A stretch of DNA of 64,000 nucleotides from Lama guanicoe. Lineage: Eukaryota. The position numbers and the translations under genes are program-made. Each line of letters starts with the position of its first letter. Position 1 is the stretch's first letter. Shown piece by piece: positions 41,117 through 55,066 of the stretch. Under the pieces are notes generated by a model. It ran no database searches. It was not told where the DNA came from and was given only the letters and a program-made list of their open reading frames with translations. The stretch spans positions 8,641,957-8,705,956 of the forward strand of contig MU053881.1 in the NCBI GenBank assembly GCA_013239625.1, written 5' to 3'.

Positions 41117-42085
41117 TGAGGAATTAGGTTTTTACCTTCCAACCAACTTGAGTTGATTCTTTATAAAGGGGGAGAAGCAATAGATGAGCAAAGACAGACC
41201 ATATTCCAGATGGGCAAATACAGAGGGGAAGGCTGCCAGGCAGCTTGGCCGAATTCCATTGCTTTAGAAGTCCCAACATCTTGGTACCCAATAACTTCTG
41301 AAAGCACTAACCAGAATAACTAAGACTAGTTAGAGCTGGCTCCTGAACATGCCCAGAGACGGGCTCTTTCCCGTCTTCCTCCCTCTCCTGTCACCAAGCC
41401 CGACCTCCCATCATGTTTCGTCAGACTGGACTCAGTTGGTTACATCCCTTGATTTCCCCCCACGTGTGCTGGAGGCCACCTCAAGGCAGGCTCGAGGGAG
41501 CCCTTCCGGACTCATCCAATCCCAGCCCTCTGGCTGCACACCCGCGCTCACTCTGAGTGACTGTAGGTCACTGGGATAACTTGCCCGAATGGTGTCGCTA
41601 AGTGACGTGGGAGCCGACAGTCTCTCAAGCCTGACTGCCTTCCGTTGATATTAATTTTGGCTGAAATATTTACACAGACGTACACGGGTCTGAGATTAGC
41701 AGGAACAGCTTTTTAAAAAGAGCTTGGGGGAAGGGACGGGTATTCAGGATTCTTGTTTCTGGTTTCTGGGTAGCGGAATTCCCAATTCAGAGGACTTGAA
41801 ATTAAGCAGAAGAAAAGAGGAAGGCAGGGGGGAAGGGGAAGGAAGAAAAAGGACAAGAAGGAGCAGGAAGTGGGGGAGGAAAAACAGAGGGAAGAAGACA
41901 GGAAAACAAAGGACAAAGAGAGAAAGAATTAACATAAAGAAGAGGGACACAAAACCCGCCTTCCAGAACCACTGGCAAGCCTTCTGTGCTCCACAACTTA
42001 TGAAATCCATCAAAGCTGAGGGGTCTGAAGCGCAAAATGTTGACCCTTCCTTTGCAAAAAGGGGGAGCCAGGACTGGGCTCTCTA

Positions 42086-42373
<288 letters not shown>

Positions 42374-42544
42374 TCACGGGTGGGGGGGGGCGCCAGGCCA
42401 AGGGGGCAGAGCCCGCCGGGCAGGCCAGCTTTGCCGGCAGGGTTCCAGGCTGGGGACTTCGGCCATGGAGGTGCAGAGCCGTCCGCAAAGAAGCCATAAC
42501 CACGACAATGAAAATGCCACTAACAACGGCAGTCACCACCCGCT

Positions 42545-42725
42545 GAATGCTTATTACATGCTGGGCGCGGCATAGAAGGCTTGATTGTCATGATCACCCT
42601 CCGAGGTAGAGGCTCGAATCGTGATCCCATTTTACAGGTGAGGCTCAGATTGGTGAAGTTACTTTGCCAAAGTCACAATGCTCTCAGGTTAGGGAGCCCC
42701 AACTGGAACCCAGGCTGCTGTGCCC
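42545..42725 (-). mobile_element. MIR SINE
   Basis: cccattttacaggtgaggctcaga...gccaaagtcaca...gaacccaggc. Confidence 0.7.
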
Positions 42726-42975
42726 GTAATGAAGCTACCTGAACGCAGCGTTGTCACTGTTGCTGGTAATGGGGATCAGAATCCGTTTTGCTGAATATTG
42801 TACCCTCAGGTTAGTCAGCTCCTACTCCTAATAAGTTTATCCCCTTTAAGAAGAAAGGGATAGGCCACAGTTGAGACGCTAAATCTGTCTATGCCTCAGT
42901 TTCCTCATGTAGACCGTGAAGAGATTAAGTGTAACTAACGTGTGATAAAGTGTAAGGATAAAATCTGCCTGGCCT

Positions 42976-43742
42976 ACAACAGGCACATGGAAAGATGCTC
43001 AGTGTTGCTAATTACCAGAGAAATGCAAATCAAAACTACAATGAGGTATCACCTCACACCAGTCAGAATGGCCATCATTCAAAAGTCCACAAACAATAAA
43101 TGCCGGAGAGGCTGTGGAGAAAAGGGAACCCTCCTACACCGCTGGTGGGAATGCAGTTTGGTGCAGCCATTATGGAAAACAGTATGAGAGTTACCATATG
43201 ATCCAGCAATCCCACTCCTGGGCATATATCTGGAGAAAACTCCAATTTGAGAAAAATACCTGCACCCCAATGTTCATAGCAGCACTATATACAATAACCA
43301 AGATGTGGAAGCAACCTAAACATCCATCCACAGATGACTGGATAAAGAATCTGTAGTATATTTATATAGTGGAATACTACTCAGTCATAAAAAAGAATGA
43401 AATAATTACATTTGCAGCAACCATGGATGAACCTAGAGATGATCATACTAGTGAAGTTAGTCAAAGACAAATATATGGTATCACTTATGTGTAGAATCTA
43501 AAAAATGACACAAATGAACTTATTCACAAAACAGACTCACAGACACAGAAAACAAACCTAAGGTTACCAAATGGCGGGGTGTATAAATTAGTTGTTTGGG
43601 ATTAGCAGATACAAAATACTATATACAAAATAGATAAACAACAAGGTCCTGACTCTTCAGCACAGGGAACTATATTCAAGAGCTTGTAATAACCTATAAT
43701 GAAAAAAAAATACTTATATATAATCAAATCACTATGCTGTGT
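42976..43742 (+). mobile_element. L1 fragment (ORF2 C-terminus and 3' UTR)
   Basis: ORF 42942..43187 contains [21 protein letters not shown] (L1 ORF2); frameshifted downstream. Confidence 0.93.
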
Positions 43743-44063
43743 GGTCACCTTCAGGCTTTGGACTTTTCACTTTGGGATCTGTTTGTAAAAAACCTACATT
43801 TCCAACCAGGCTTCTGGCATGAGCCTAAAATGAGGATATGGCTGCAGGTTATGGAACTGCCATCCAGAGACCGTCAGAAATGCCCCACAGAGGTGTTTCA
43901 GAGATTCCTGGTTTACCTGCGTTTGGAATACACAGGCTCCAAGAATTCTCTAGGCATACAGGCATACACCAGAATGGTCTCCCCATCTCATGAAGTGATT
44001 ACATGTCTAGTCAGCTCACTCTCTAGTAATGATTCCATCCACCTTATCCATCCCTCCTTCCCC

Positions 44064-44176
44064 TTTTTTTGTTGGGAGGAGGTATTTAGGTTTATTCATT
44101 GATTTATTCTTAAAGGAGGTACTGGGGATTGAACCTAGGACCTCCTGCATGCTAAGCATGAGCTAAACCCTCCCCC
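44064..44176 (-). mobile_element. tRNA-derived SINE (Vic-1-like) with a deletion in the A-box region
   Basis: ggaggtactggggattgaacctaggacc...gctaagcatgagcta; lacks the ctctaccact segment present in other copies. Confidence 0.82.
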
Positions 44177-44820
44177 ATCCATCCCCTTTTGTTGTCATGT
44201 TTTATTTAGTTTTTATAGTAATTAATTCTTCTCCTGTGAGTGTCTTATTTCCCAAAGATATAGTATACTAACGATGGTTATCACTGTCGATTTCCTTCCA
44301 GTGCTGCATTTATCAATGTTGGCTCGATTGGGTAAATGTTTCTGTTATGTTCCTGAAATTCCAGGATTCCCAAGTGGTAGTAGGGGTGTGAGCAAACATA
44401 AAATGGCCATTTTTGAAAGATAGGGAAAGAACAATTCGAGAGTGGACCTCATGTTGCACATACAAAGCCTTTTTCTGGGGCAGTGCTTGCTGATCGTAAT
44501 TGACTGTAATTGTAAACTGACCTGAAACAAAAACATCTCAGCAGTTGACATGTGACTGAGGGGCTATTCCTCAAAGTGCTTTATAATAGAATAGTTGCAA
44601 AAATGACTCGGGGTACACAGCATTTCCAGTAGAATTCTTACCCTGCTGAGTCTACCAGAGAAGAATGAGTTCCAAGGTGAGACCATCAAAGCTACATGTT
44701 AAATTGAGATGAGCTATCTCTAAAAGTAAGAAGCATGACTTCTATTTTCAAGAGACTTGAGGAAAGAGATTGGAATCCAGAGTGCCCGAGATTCAAATTA
44801 GAGACTGTGCAAACACAATC

Positions 44821-45459
44821 CAACAATCCCACTCCTGGGCATATATTCAGAGGGAACCTTAATTCAACAAGATACACACACCCCATGTTCACAGCAGCAC
44901 TATTTACAACAGCCAAGGCATGGAAACAACCTAAATGTCCACTGACAGGTGACTGGATAAAGAAGCTGTGGTATATTTACACAGTGGAAAACTACTCAGC
45001 CATAAAAAAGAATGAAATAATGCCATTTACAGCAACATGGATGGGCCTGGAGAATGTCATTCTAAGTGAAGTAAGCCAGAAAGAGAAAAAAAAATACCAT
45101 ATGATATCACTTACAGGTAGAATCTAAAAAAAAAAGATGAACAAACTTATTTACAAAACAGAAACAGACTCACAGACATAGAAAACAAACTTATGGTTAC
45201 CAGTGGGGAAAGGGGGGGTGAGAAGGGATAAATTGGGAGTTCGAGATTTGCAGATATTGACTACTATACATAAAATAGATAAACAAGTTTATACTGTACA
45301 GCACAGGGAACTATATTCAATATCTTGTAGCAACTTATGGTTAAAAAGAATATGAAAATGAATAAATGTATGTTCCTATATGACTGAAGTATTGTGTTGC
45401 ACACCTGAAATTGACACACTGTAAATAACTATACTTCAGTAAAAATGTATTTAAAAAAA
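44821..45459 (+). mobile_element. 5'-truncated L1 3' end
   Basis: ORF 44735..45127 contains PMFTAALFTTAKAWKQPKCP...WIKKLWYIYT. TSD-like aaac(a/c)caatcc. Confidence 0.92.
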
Positions 45460-46496
45460 CCCAATCCCCAACACCTCTAAAAACATAAAAAAAATATGAA
45501 CAAATCTGAGAAATGATGGGCTTTCTCAAAGTATTGAGGGGGTTCTGAGGACAAAGTAAATTCGTTCCATGTCAGTGCCTCATGAGACTCATGCTAAGCT
45601 CTAGGTCAGGGATGGCAAACGAGTGGTTCATGAGCGGCTGTTCTCCCTTCCTGCACCTCTGCAGGGGTGGATCACGGCATCTTGTCCTCCTGAGCCTAGA
45701 AGGAGCCTGAAAACCTTCAATGCTGGAGCCTGGGAGCAGGCGGAGTTGGTGGTTAAGAGAAAACTTTGATCCAGGTAACACTGAAGAGATCTCCTGGTGG
45801 GAAGACTAGAATCAGCGTCAGTTCTTACCCATTGCCATCCTTGCACAGTGAAACAGGGAAACAGTGAGAAGTGTGGCTACCCATATCTAGCGAGGTGAGC
45901 TTCCAAAGGCTGTTTCTGTCTGACCTGAGGGTTACATAGTGACCCTGTCATGGATGGCAGAGAACGTTACATCAAATCACCACCAAGGGGCTCGCATCAA
46001 ACCTTCCTTCTGTCCAAAAGGTGGAAGACGGCAGAAAGTAGGAGCAAACAATTATTGTCTTTATTGATAAAATGCAGTAAGGATTATTTTCTTTATTTGT
46101 ATTGAAACTGTTTCTCTTCTGCCTAAACGCCAAGTGGTAAAAAAAAAAAAATTGGATTGTCTAGAAGGTAAGAATGGATTTTATTTAAAATCCCAGGTGT
46201 CTGGGAAATCAAATTTAAAAAGTGACCTACTTTAATTACTCAGGGGAAAAAAATGGAAGAGTCAGGTCAGAGAGTTCTCCACATTCTAAATGCAGCCTTC
46301 TTTCAATATGTTTGCTGCATGCTCCTCGGGAGTGCGGTTAAGAAATGCAAAACACTGGGATGTTCTCTGGAAAGCAGGGCAGCCAATGGGCTGGGCTGAT
46401 GTCGCATTAAAAAAAAAAAAAGGCAGAAGGCAGGTTAAAGAAGAGTGAAGCTCTCTAGTAACTCATCTGCCATGGGGCGGAGTGCAACTGCCAGAT

Positions 46497-46530
46497 GGGC
46501 GCCCTCCAGTGGTCGGTGGGCTGACCTGCA
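46497..46530 (-). promoter_or_regulatory. Candidate CTCF site with upstream motif
   Basis: Minus strand reads tgcag-N13-CCACTGGAGGGCGCcc, close to the CTCF core CCACTAGAGGGCGC plus a TGCAG upstream module; motif match only. Confidence 0.5.
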
Positions 46531-48239
46531 TGAAGAACTCCTTCCCTCAGGGAAACTGACTCATTCTCAGACATAACTCAACCCAGAGCATCCCAGTATG
46601 TAAGGCTCAGCCTGATCCTCATCTAAAAGGGGGACCCCCCTGCATTAATAACAGACTTTTATTATCACTAAGTCTCCATGATTTTTTTTTTTATGGCAGT
46701 TTATAGGAAAATCAATTCTGACTCCACCTACTGGGAAGTAATATGGAACAGAAGTGCAAAGGACAAGGCTTTTGATGCCAGAAAGACCTAGGTTCAAATC
46801 CATCACTTCCCAGCTGTGGGATTTTGACAAGATAACTGTACTTCTCTGAGACCCACTCTCCCGGTCAAAAAACAGTCCCTCACACTTGATGGGAACATTA
46901 CATGTGATACCATGTGCCAGGACTCAAAACAGGAGCTGACACCTGATTTGTAATTAATAGCTGTTCCCTTGTGAAATTCCAAACCAAATCTCCAAACTGA
47001 TTTCAAGAGTTAATAAAATAAAAAATGCACACACACCACCACCGCCGCCACCACAGAAGAGTATCAAATAACACTAATAGAGAGATATCATCTTTTTCTT
47101 TCTCTGGTCTTCTCTGGTTGTGGGTGGGAGGGGGTTATAGAATCACACATGGAAAATTTTATGTCCCAATCTTTTCCTCTCTCCTCTTCCCAAGGCTTGA
47201 CAGGAGCAGAACATTCATTGTACATTCAAGCTTCTATTTAAAATTAATTAAAATGTTTGTACAAAGTGACTATTCCTATTTTACTAAATCTAGTAAATGG
47301 AAGTTCTAAGACTTGTGCAGAAGAAAAATAAATTACCACTGCCACTAACGACTGGCAAGTTAACAGACTGATGACAAAAAAATGACACACTTTGGATTCA
47401 CCTAAATGGTGTAAAGCTCATTTTAATGATCGAGCTGACACTTCTTTTTTCTCCCCTCAAAGTTGTCTCTGAGGGATGAAATGAATTATCAGTGTTCTTT
47501 ACTCAGCGGGAAGTGACAGGACAAGCCACTGTGTCTGCTGTTTTGAGTACAACAAGTCTTGTCTACTTGGAGCTTGTAGCACAGAGACCACTGGGAGAGA
47601 AGGCAGAGATGGCTGAAGAGGTCCAGACAGACAGACAGACAGACAGAGGGAAGACGCCTGCATCTTGACAAGTCACTTGTGGGCTGGGCTAGATGTGCAG
47701 AGGGAATTTCATATAACATGTCTTTAAAAAAATGATGGGAAATCTGATTGAAATCCCTCTGGAAAAGAGCCTTGAGAACACCTGAATCTAGTACTCCAGG
47801 TAGACTGTCAAAATATTACTAACAATTGGTTGCCTCCCATCCCAGGTAGTCAATAAACACTTAGGACTAACCTAGTATGTGCTAAGAGCTGGGTCAGGCG
47901 GTAGGAAAAAGGGATGGAGAAATAAAGATGCCTCGATTCTCCCGAAGCAAGTGAAGATCTAATATTTGCGTCACGGAGGTGAAGCAAACAAAATTCAGTG
48001 TCTTCGAAACCAAAGCTCGTGTCCCAGTGTCTGTTGAGACTGTGGACTGGACTGGGTGCTGAGCAGAAGTCAGGGAAGATGAGCTTCGCTTCTTGTCAGA
48101 TCCCTGCAATTGGCAATCTACTTGGTAGACAACAAAGTCTGACCTCTACTGCACATGATGCTCAGGAATAAATCTGACATAGGTTAAAGATCCAAACAGA
48201 CAAAAACCTACAAAAGTGTTCGAAAAAGTACTGAAGACT

Positions 48240-49260
48240 AATTTTAGTTTCTTAAGAGGTAGATATGTAAGAACGATAAAATTCCAGAAACCAAGAAGGA
48301 AAAGAAGAAAGATCATATTTGATTGCTTAAATGTAAATCTCCTAGGTGACAAAGAATGCCCTAAACAAAAATGAGGGATGTGCAACACTGGTGAAAAGTA
48401 TTTTTAAACATATTTTACAGAACAAAGCTTGGTATCAGAAATACACAAAGAGCTCTTACAAATCAATAGAGACAAAGAATTGACAGATGACTGGATAAAG
48501 AAGTTGTGGTATATTTATACAATGGAATACTGCTTAGCCTTCAAAAAGAATAAAATAATGCCATTTGCAGCAACAAAGATGGACCTGGAGATCATCATTT
48601 TAAGTGAAGTTAGCCAAAAGGAGAAAGAAAAATACCATATGATAACATTCATATGTGGAATCCAAAAAAAAAAAAAAAAGAAAGAAAGAAAGAAGGAGGA
48701 CACGAATGAACTTACTTACAAAACAGAAACAGACTCACAGCCATAGTAAACAATCTTAGGGTTACCAGGGGAAAGGGGGTGGGAAGGGATAAACTGGGGA
48801 GTTTGAGATTTGCAAATGTTAACCACTATATATAAAAATAGATAAAAAAACAAATTTCTTCTGTAGAATACAGGGAACTACATTCAGTATCTTGTAATAA
48901 CCTTTAATGAGAAAAAATATGAAAACGAATATATGTGTGTATATGCATGACTGGGACATTATGCTGTACATCAGAAATGGACACATTGCAACTGACTGTA
49001 CTTCAATTAAAAAAAATACAAACGAATGAAAACCTGGACAAAGGACATATCAACATAAACTGCCAATAAAAATATGAAACGATTCTCAGCTCCGTTAGCA
49101 ATAAGCATAGATAAAGAAATGAGATGTAATCCCGGACTTAGCAGATTGAAAAAAAAAACATCTAAAAGATCGATAAGCCCTGGTGCCGCCACGGCTGAGG
49201 GGAAATGGCCGTCACAGTGGATGGGGGCAGAAATGCAAACTCACTTTTAGGGGGACCGGG
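48240..49260 (+). mobile_element. Old L1M ORF2 fragment interrupted by a younger L1 3' end (48481-49016)
   Basis: Old: gtatcagaaatacacaaagagctcttacaaatcaatag, resuming at ggacaaaggacat. Young: TDDWIKKLWYIYTMEY plus 3' UTR and A-tail. Confidence 0.85.
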
Positions 49261-50536
49261 TGTCCCTATCTGAAGGGCTCCCCGGCTCACTGTGCCCAGC
49301 AGGGAAGCCTGTTGACATCGGTGCCTCAGTTTCCCTGTTAAATGAGTAGGGCGAGAAAGGACCAGTTTTGTAGGAAGAGTGAGGAGGTTGGAAAGCAGAA
49401 CTGAGACGCAATTACGAGCACAAAAGCAAAGCTCACCAGCCATTCTGATCGCGACCATCACCTCTGACCCCGACAGCCCCCAGCCTCCCTGCCTGGAGCA
49501 CTGAGTCACTCCAGTTGGGAGGAAGTCCAGCAGGACCCCCGTGAAGAGAGGGAAGCAGAGGATGCTTCTGACAGTCGGGGGCAGAGTTCCCGGCTCAGAG
49601 GACCAAAGTTCAGGCGCACCCACTTCCTCATTTCTGTTCTGTCAAACGGTACATTAATAAGCAAGAGAGTGATTCAGGGAAGAATTTCCAGAAGGACGAA
49701 AAACTCATCAGGTGTGTCAGATCTCTGACATTCAGGAGCCATGTGGGGAAAGAAGCACACGCTGACTTAAGCACGAAAGTATGGATGCTTTAATTAATCC
49801 GGGGTGAATTTAATTGCTTTAGTTAAGTGGAAATCGGGTTAAAAATGATGCAGAGCATGCTGGGGTGTGTTAAAAACATGACATATGAGTTGGATGAATC
49901 GATAAATTAAAAGTGCACAGATGTTTTAATTAAACCCAGGGAAGTTAACGAAGATCACAAGAGACTTTTAAGCCTATGATTAATTCAATTCATTTAAAAT
50001 ACCTGTAGAGATACGGGGATGCCTCCATTTTGAGAGTTATAAAAGTTCTCAATCGATAAGTGCTTAAGCTGTTCTTAAAAAATGTCTAAGTTTTGTGTAT
50101 GTGTGAGACTGAGCAGCATTAATTACATAATGAATATTTAAATTCTTCAGAGTACACAGGAAGCTTTTTTTGCAGCTCAAGTCCAGACCGAGGTAGCTTT
50201 TCATTCCTGTTGCGATGCAGGCAGTGAGAAGAGCTTGCCGATGATGGGTGTCCAGTTCTCCGCAAGCAGGGGAGCACCCTGAAGACATGAAGGTCTGTTT
50301 ATTCCCTGCTGTCTCTCCAGCAGGAAGAATGGCACCTGGCAGCGTAGGCTTCTGAGTTAGACAGCCTGAATTTCCCTTTGTTTTTTTTTTACCAGCTGTG
50401 TGACTATGGACATTTTACCTTCAGCCTCAATTTCTTCATCTTTAAAATGGGACAAGAATTCTGGATTACGTAACCTATAGCGTTTTTAAAAGGATGAAAT
50501 GAGATGGTGCCTGGTGTAGTAGGAAATCCACAGATG

Positions 50537-50629
50537 TTGTTTTTTCTCTTTAGGGAGGCACTGGGGATTGGACCCAGGACCTTGTGAATGCTAAGCACGC
50601 GCTCTACCACTGAGCTGTACCCAACCCCC
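50537..50629 (-). mobile_element. Short tRNA-derived SINE (Vic-1-like head) next to a MIR (~50350-50530)
   Basis: ggaggcactggggattggacccaggacc...gcacgcgctctaccactgagct. Confidence 0.8.
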
Positions 50630-53600
50630 GATATAGACAGGATAAAGACACGATTATATTATCACTATTTGTATTAGGAGAAAATTGTTTCAAGTTATCA
50701 TATCACAAAGAAACAGGAGAGAGGTAAATACTCTTTTCCCCATCACCCATCCCAGCCAACCTCTTCTCAAAAGACTGGTTTACTTCCCAATACAGAAGTG
50801 TTTTTTCTAAAGCCAGAGTACTTCCCCAGCTCCGGTGGCATCACGCCTACGGTAAGTCTCCCCAGGATGAGGCGCTCTCCTTGCTAAGACGGCTCTGCAG
50901 CTCATCTAGCAGTTTACAAAGGAAAAAAAAAAAAGAAAAGAAAAGTTCTTCAGTCTCAGAGGCAATCTGGCTCGGGGCAGGGCTGACTGAGGTTAAGTCC
51001 TGCAAAGTGACTTCTGTTTGGTAATGTACCAAGAGTCAGATGCAGCAGGCACGGCCACTCCTGGAGGCGGGGACTTGCACGCGGGCCCTGAATAAAGGGC
51101 CCTGCAGCTTCCCAACTGGGGAGCCAGGCATCCTCCACGCCTGCTTGGCAAGCCGGGGAGAAGGGAAGGTCAACGTGGTATTGATGCTCCTGTTCCGTCG
51201 TCTCCGGGCAGTCTGAGCAGAGTCCAAGGGCAATGTTATCTACACTCAGACCCGAATGTGCACATGAGTCATCTGGGGATGCTGTTAGAATGAGACTCTG
51301 TTTCAGAAGGTCTGGCATGGAGCCTGAGGGTTTGGATGTTTAACAAGAGCCCCCGGCTGATGCCAGGACCCCAGACCCACTGAACCAGAAACCCTGGGGG
51401 AGGCCAGCTGGCTGTGTGTTAACTAGTGGTTGTGGTGAGCAGGGTTCTAAAGCCAGACCTGGGCGAGTACCTTAACTTCTCTGAGCCTCAGTTGCCTTAG
51501 CTGTGAAATGCGGATGGTAAGATTATATGCTGTGAAGATGAAATGAGATCATTCACGTAAAGCCCTTCCCACAGTGCCTGGCACGCACTGTGTTCAACAT
51601 GTGCGGAGGTTCTTACACTTTGCCAAGTGTGGCTACTCAGCTCCTTTCTGCAAAGCATGAATCAAGCGCACGACTTGAAGCCCCACCTCCCGGGTCCTTG
51701 CAGCCAAGGAATTCTGGCGTGTCTTCTTAGGTCAAGGGTGGGAGGAGGGGGAGGTGGGGTGCAGCCTCGGACTGCAGAGGGCTGTGGAAGGACTCCTGCC
51801 TGTCTGCATCAAACGGGACTGTAGGGGGAGCGGGAGTGGCAGAGGGAGACAGGTGTGAAAGAAAGAGGATCTGTGGGGACACCTGTGGTTGTTCCAGGAA
51901 GGACAGGTGGGACCGGAAGGACAGGAAGACGGGTCATCTTTCACTGGGAGAGGTGAGGCCAGCTGTGGAAGGGGGAGGAGCTTCTTTGCCAAGGGAGCCC
52001 TGAGGGATGCATTTCTGGGGGGGTGGGGAGGACCCCAACACCACTGGTGGGGGTGAAGGGGCTTGTCACTCCTGAGAGCAGACGTCCTCTAGGGGGAGAC
52101 GGGAAAGCAGGTCAGGCGAGTCAGACGGCTGGGCTGTCCATGGGGCTTTGACAGTGAGTGGTCACTGTCCCCCCCGACCCCTCCTTTCAGGCAGGAAGAC
52201 CAAGTTAGGGCCACAAGCTTCAAAGTCAGCCAGCCATGGTCTCAAAATCTAGCCCACAGTGTGACCTTGGGCAAGGAGCTTTCTTTCTCTAAGTCTCTGC
52301 CTCTCTAGTACAACAAGGCTAACAACGATTTCAAAGCCTCATGATGATTAATGCTGGGTAAGATTCATGGAGCATAAAATACACGCCAAGCACGGTTCTA
52401 CGTGCCGGACCCACATTTACTTTGTCGTGCTCACGGGGAGTACGGCTACTGCGCCCATTTTATAGATGGGAAAACAAAGGCCTAGGGAAGTTAAGTAATT
52501 TTCTAAAATGGGTACACTTTAGCCATTCAACTGAGCAAATTCGAACTCTCTGGCTTCCATTTTTCACCACTTCACTCTTCTGAGACAGTGCAGATAAACT
52601 GCAGACTAAACGCTGTTTCTCTTCTGCATATGTTTGTTCCTTCCGATTTTCATTCCTCTTCCCTCCACTCCCACTTGCTGTCTCCCTTCCTTCATTTAAG
52701 TTGACGCCTCGATGCTGGCTGCTTTATCCCTGCATGATAAATCCAACAAATCGGAACCTTGTTTTCTAGCATTCACTTTGTCTTGCACACTTTCCAGCCA
52801 TGTTTTCCTCTGTCTGATCCTTGACCTGTAAATTCAAGCCTCCGGACATTTAGAGAGCACGTACTCTTCCCTGAGTGGCAGACTAGGTGTAGGGAGGTCC
52901 AAGGACAACTGTTGGAAGCTTGTGATCCAGCAGGAGAAACAGAGGTAACCACTCAACGAACACATGGCATGGCCTGAGGGGCCACTGCCAAGGTGTCACC
53001 AAGTCCCATGTGACGGCAGGTCTTCTTGGTGGGAGCATCAGGGAGGTGTTGGCCTGTGAGCTTGGTCCCCAAGGATCCGCAGCACTTTCATAGGAAAGGT
53101 TGGGCTGGATGAGAACAGTCCAGCCAAGAAAGCAGCATGGATGGAGAGGAGGTGGCAGGGCCGTCGTGTTGAGGAGGAACAAGCTGGAATATACAGTGGG
53201 AGATGCTGCCAGATGACCTTGGAGCACGGAAGACCTTGAACTTCATTCTAAGAAGTCCATTCTTTAGTCTCAGAATATAGCTCCTGACCACCTGCGTCGG
53301 AGCCCTCCGGGAAGATAACTAAAAATGCACCTGCCCGAGCTGTGCACCTGTCCGAGGGATTCAGACCTGGCTGGCATGGGGGAAGAGCCTGGGAGTGTGC
53401 ACTTTTGACAATTTCCCTGCATTCATGTCTTTAAAGCAAAGTTCGACAACCATCGCGAGAAGCAACTGGGAGCCACTGAGGGTGCTTGAGGAGAGCAGCG
53501 CCATGTTCCTAAGAGCTCCGGGAGGAGGCTGGAGGTGGTGAGGAGGAGGAATGCCGTCAGGGAGAAGCTGCTGGCTGGGTGAACAGGGCAATGGCTGTGA

Positions 53601-53929
53601 AGATTGGAAAACTCTAGCACAGTGTGGTGAAGGTCAATGAGAGAGTTGCTGGCAGACGATGAGATGAGGGAGGCGATGGAGCGGACCTGGGGGCTGGGAG
53701 GAGAATGGTTCAGAGCAGCAGGCTCTGAAGTCAGACGGACTTTGTTTCAAATGCTGGCTTTGCCACTTTCTGCCTCGTAAACCCTAGTTCACTCCCCTGA
53801 AGTTTTCTTGCGTTCAGATCCAAATCCTAAGGTGCAACTGCCACTCAAACTGCTTCCAAAGCACATCATCCTTATACCTCACATCTTCTGAGGTTATTCA
53901 ATCTCATGGCTGGTCTGGCATTGAGAATC

Positions 53930-54150
53930 CAGGCCAGTTTGCTGGGTTTGAATCCTAGCAATACCACTTATTAGCTGAGTGATCTTGAGTAAGTTACTTA
54001 ACCTCTCTGTGCTTCACTTCCCCCATCTTTAAAAGGGGGTAACCGTCATCTGTGAAGCAGGATGATTAATGATTAAATGAGATAATTACGCACTTGCCCA
54101 CCGCTGCGGTTGGCACATAGTAAGAGCTCAATAAATGTCAGCGATGGTGA
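53930..54150 (+). mobile_element. MIR SINE
   Basis: ctgggtttgaatcc...aagttacttaacctctctgtgcttca...ggcacatagtaagagctcaataaatg. Confidence 0.82.
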
Positions 54151-54912
54151 CGATGACGCTGATTTGACTTTAATGCTAGAACTTGGCCGAGACGGACTGG
54201 GTAGCGGGTACATTTGCCAGTTAACAGCAGAAGCGTGGCATGATCCCCCGTCTTTTTCCAAGGCTCCGCAGAAACTGGGTAGGAGCTGAGACCAACCCCC
54301 AGAGAGAAGACTTCATGTTCCCACGGTGGGGGCGTTTCCAGGCCTCCCCTGACAGCTGTTCAGCAGCAGGTGTTGTCATTTTGAATAGTGATTAAACACA
54401 CATTACCTAGCACGTTAAGGCTCTGGCGTGTTAAGTTTGTGTTGCAGGTTGGGACCTAAAGCTCAGAACCAAACAAGCCCACCTGAGAAGCCATCGTCCA
54501 AAAAAACCAAAAAAAAAAAAACCCCCCAAAAAACCAATCAGAAGCCTTGGAACTCTTCTGAAAGGCAAGACTGCTTTACATGCAACACAAGGAAGCATCT
54601 TAAGTCCACGCAAGGCCTTCAAATAAAAGTAAATGACAGAAAAAGGAATCATAGTTAAAAAAAAATCTAGCCCACAACAAAGAGGGTAAAAGTAGAAAAA
54701 AAAAAGTAGAAAAAAAAAAAAAGAGAAAGTCACTCCAGGGGATCAGTAATAATAGAAGGAACCATAAGCTAGACAATCCCTGAATAATACACAATTCTAG
54801 CTGGATAGGGGAGGTATCTGATGGAAAATGGTACAAGTTATTGGGAAAGAAATGCAAATTCTCCTCAGGCTCTGAATCTGAACCTTTTTTTTTTTTAACC
54901 ACATTAAACAAT

Positions 54913-55066
54913 GACAGGGAACTATATTCGATATCTTGCAGTAACTTACGGTGAAAAAGAATATGAAAACAAATATATGTGTGTTCACGTATGACTGAAG
55001 CATGTGCTGTACACCAGAAATCGACACAACATTGTAAATTGACTATACTTCAGTTAAAAAAAAAAT
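54913..55066 (+). mobile_element. Short L1 3' UTR with A-tail
   Basis: acagggaactatattc...gacacaacattgtaaattgactatacttca, same family as 18708-19504. Confidence 0.85.

Noticed and set aside
44735..45127. Functional reverse-transcriptase gene (also 18702-18965, 42942-43356, 48429-48746)
   Set aside because: These are 5'-truncated, often frameshifted L1 ORF2 C-terminal fragments.
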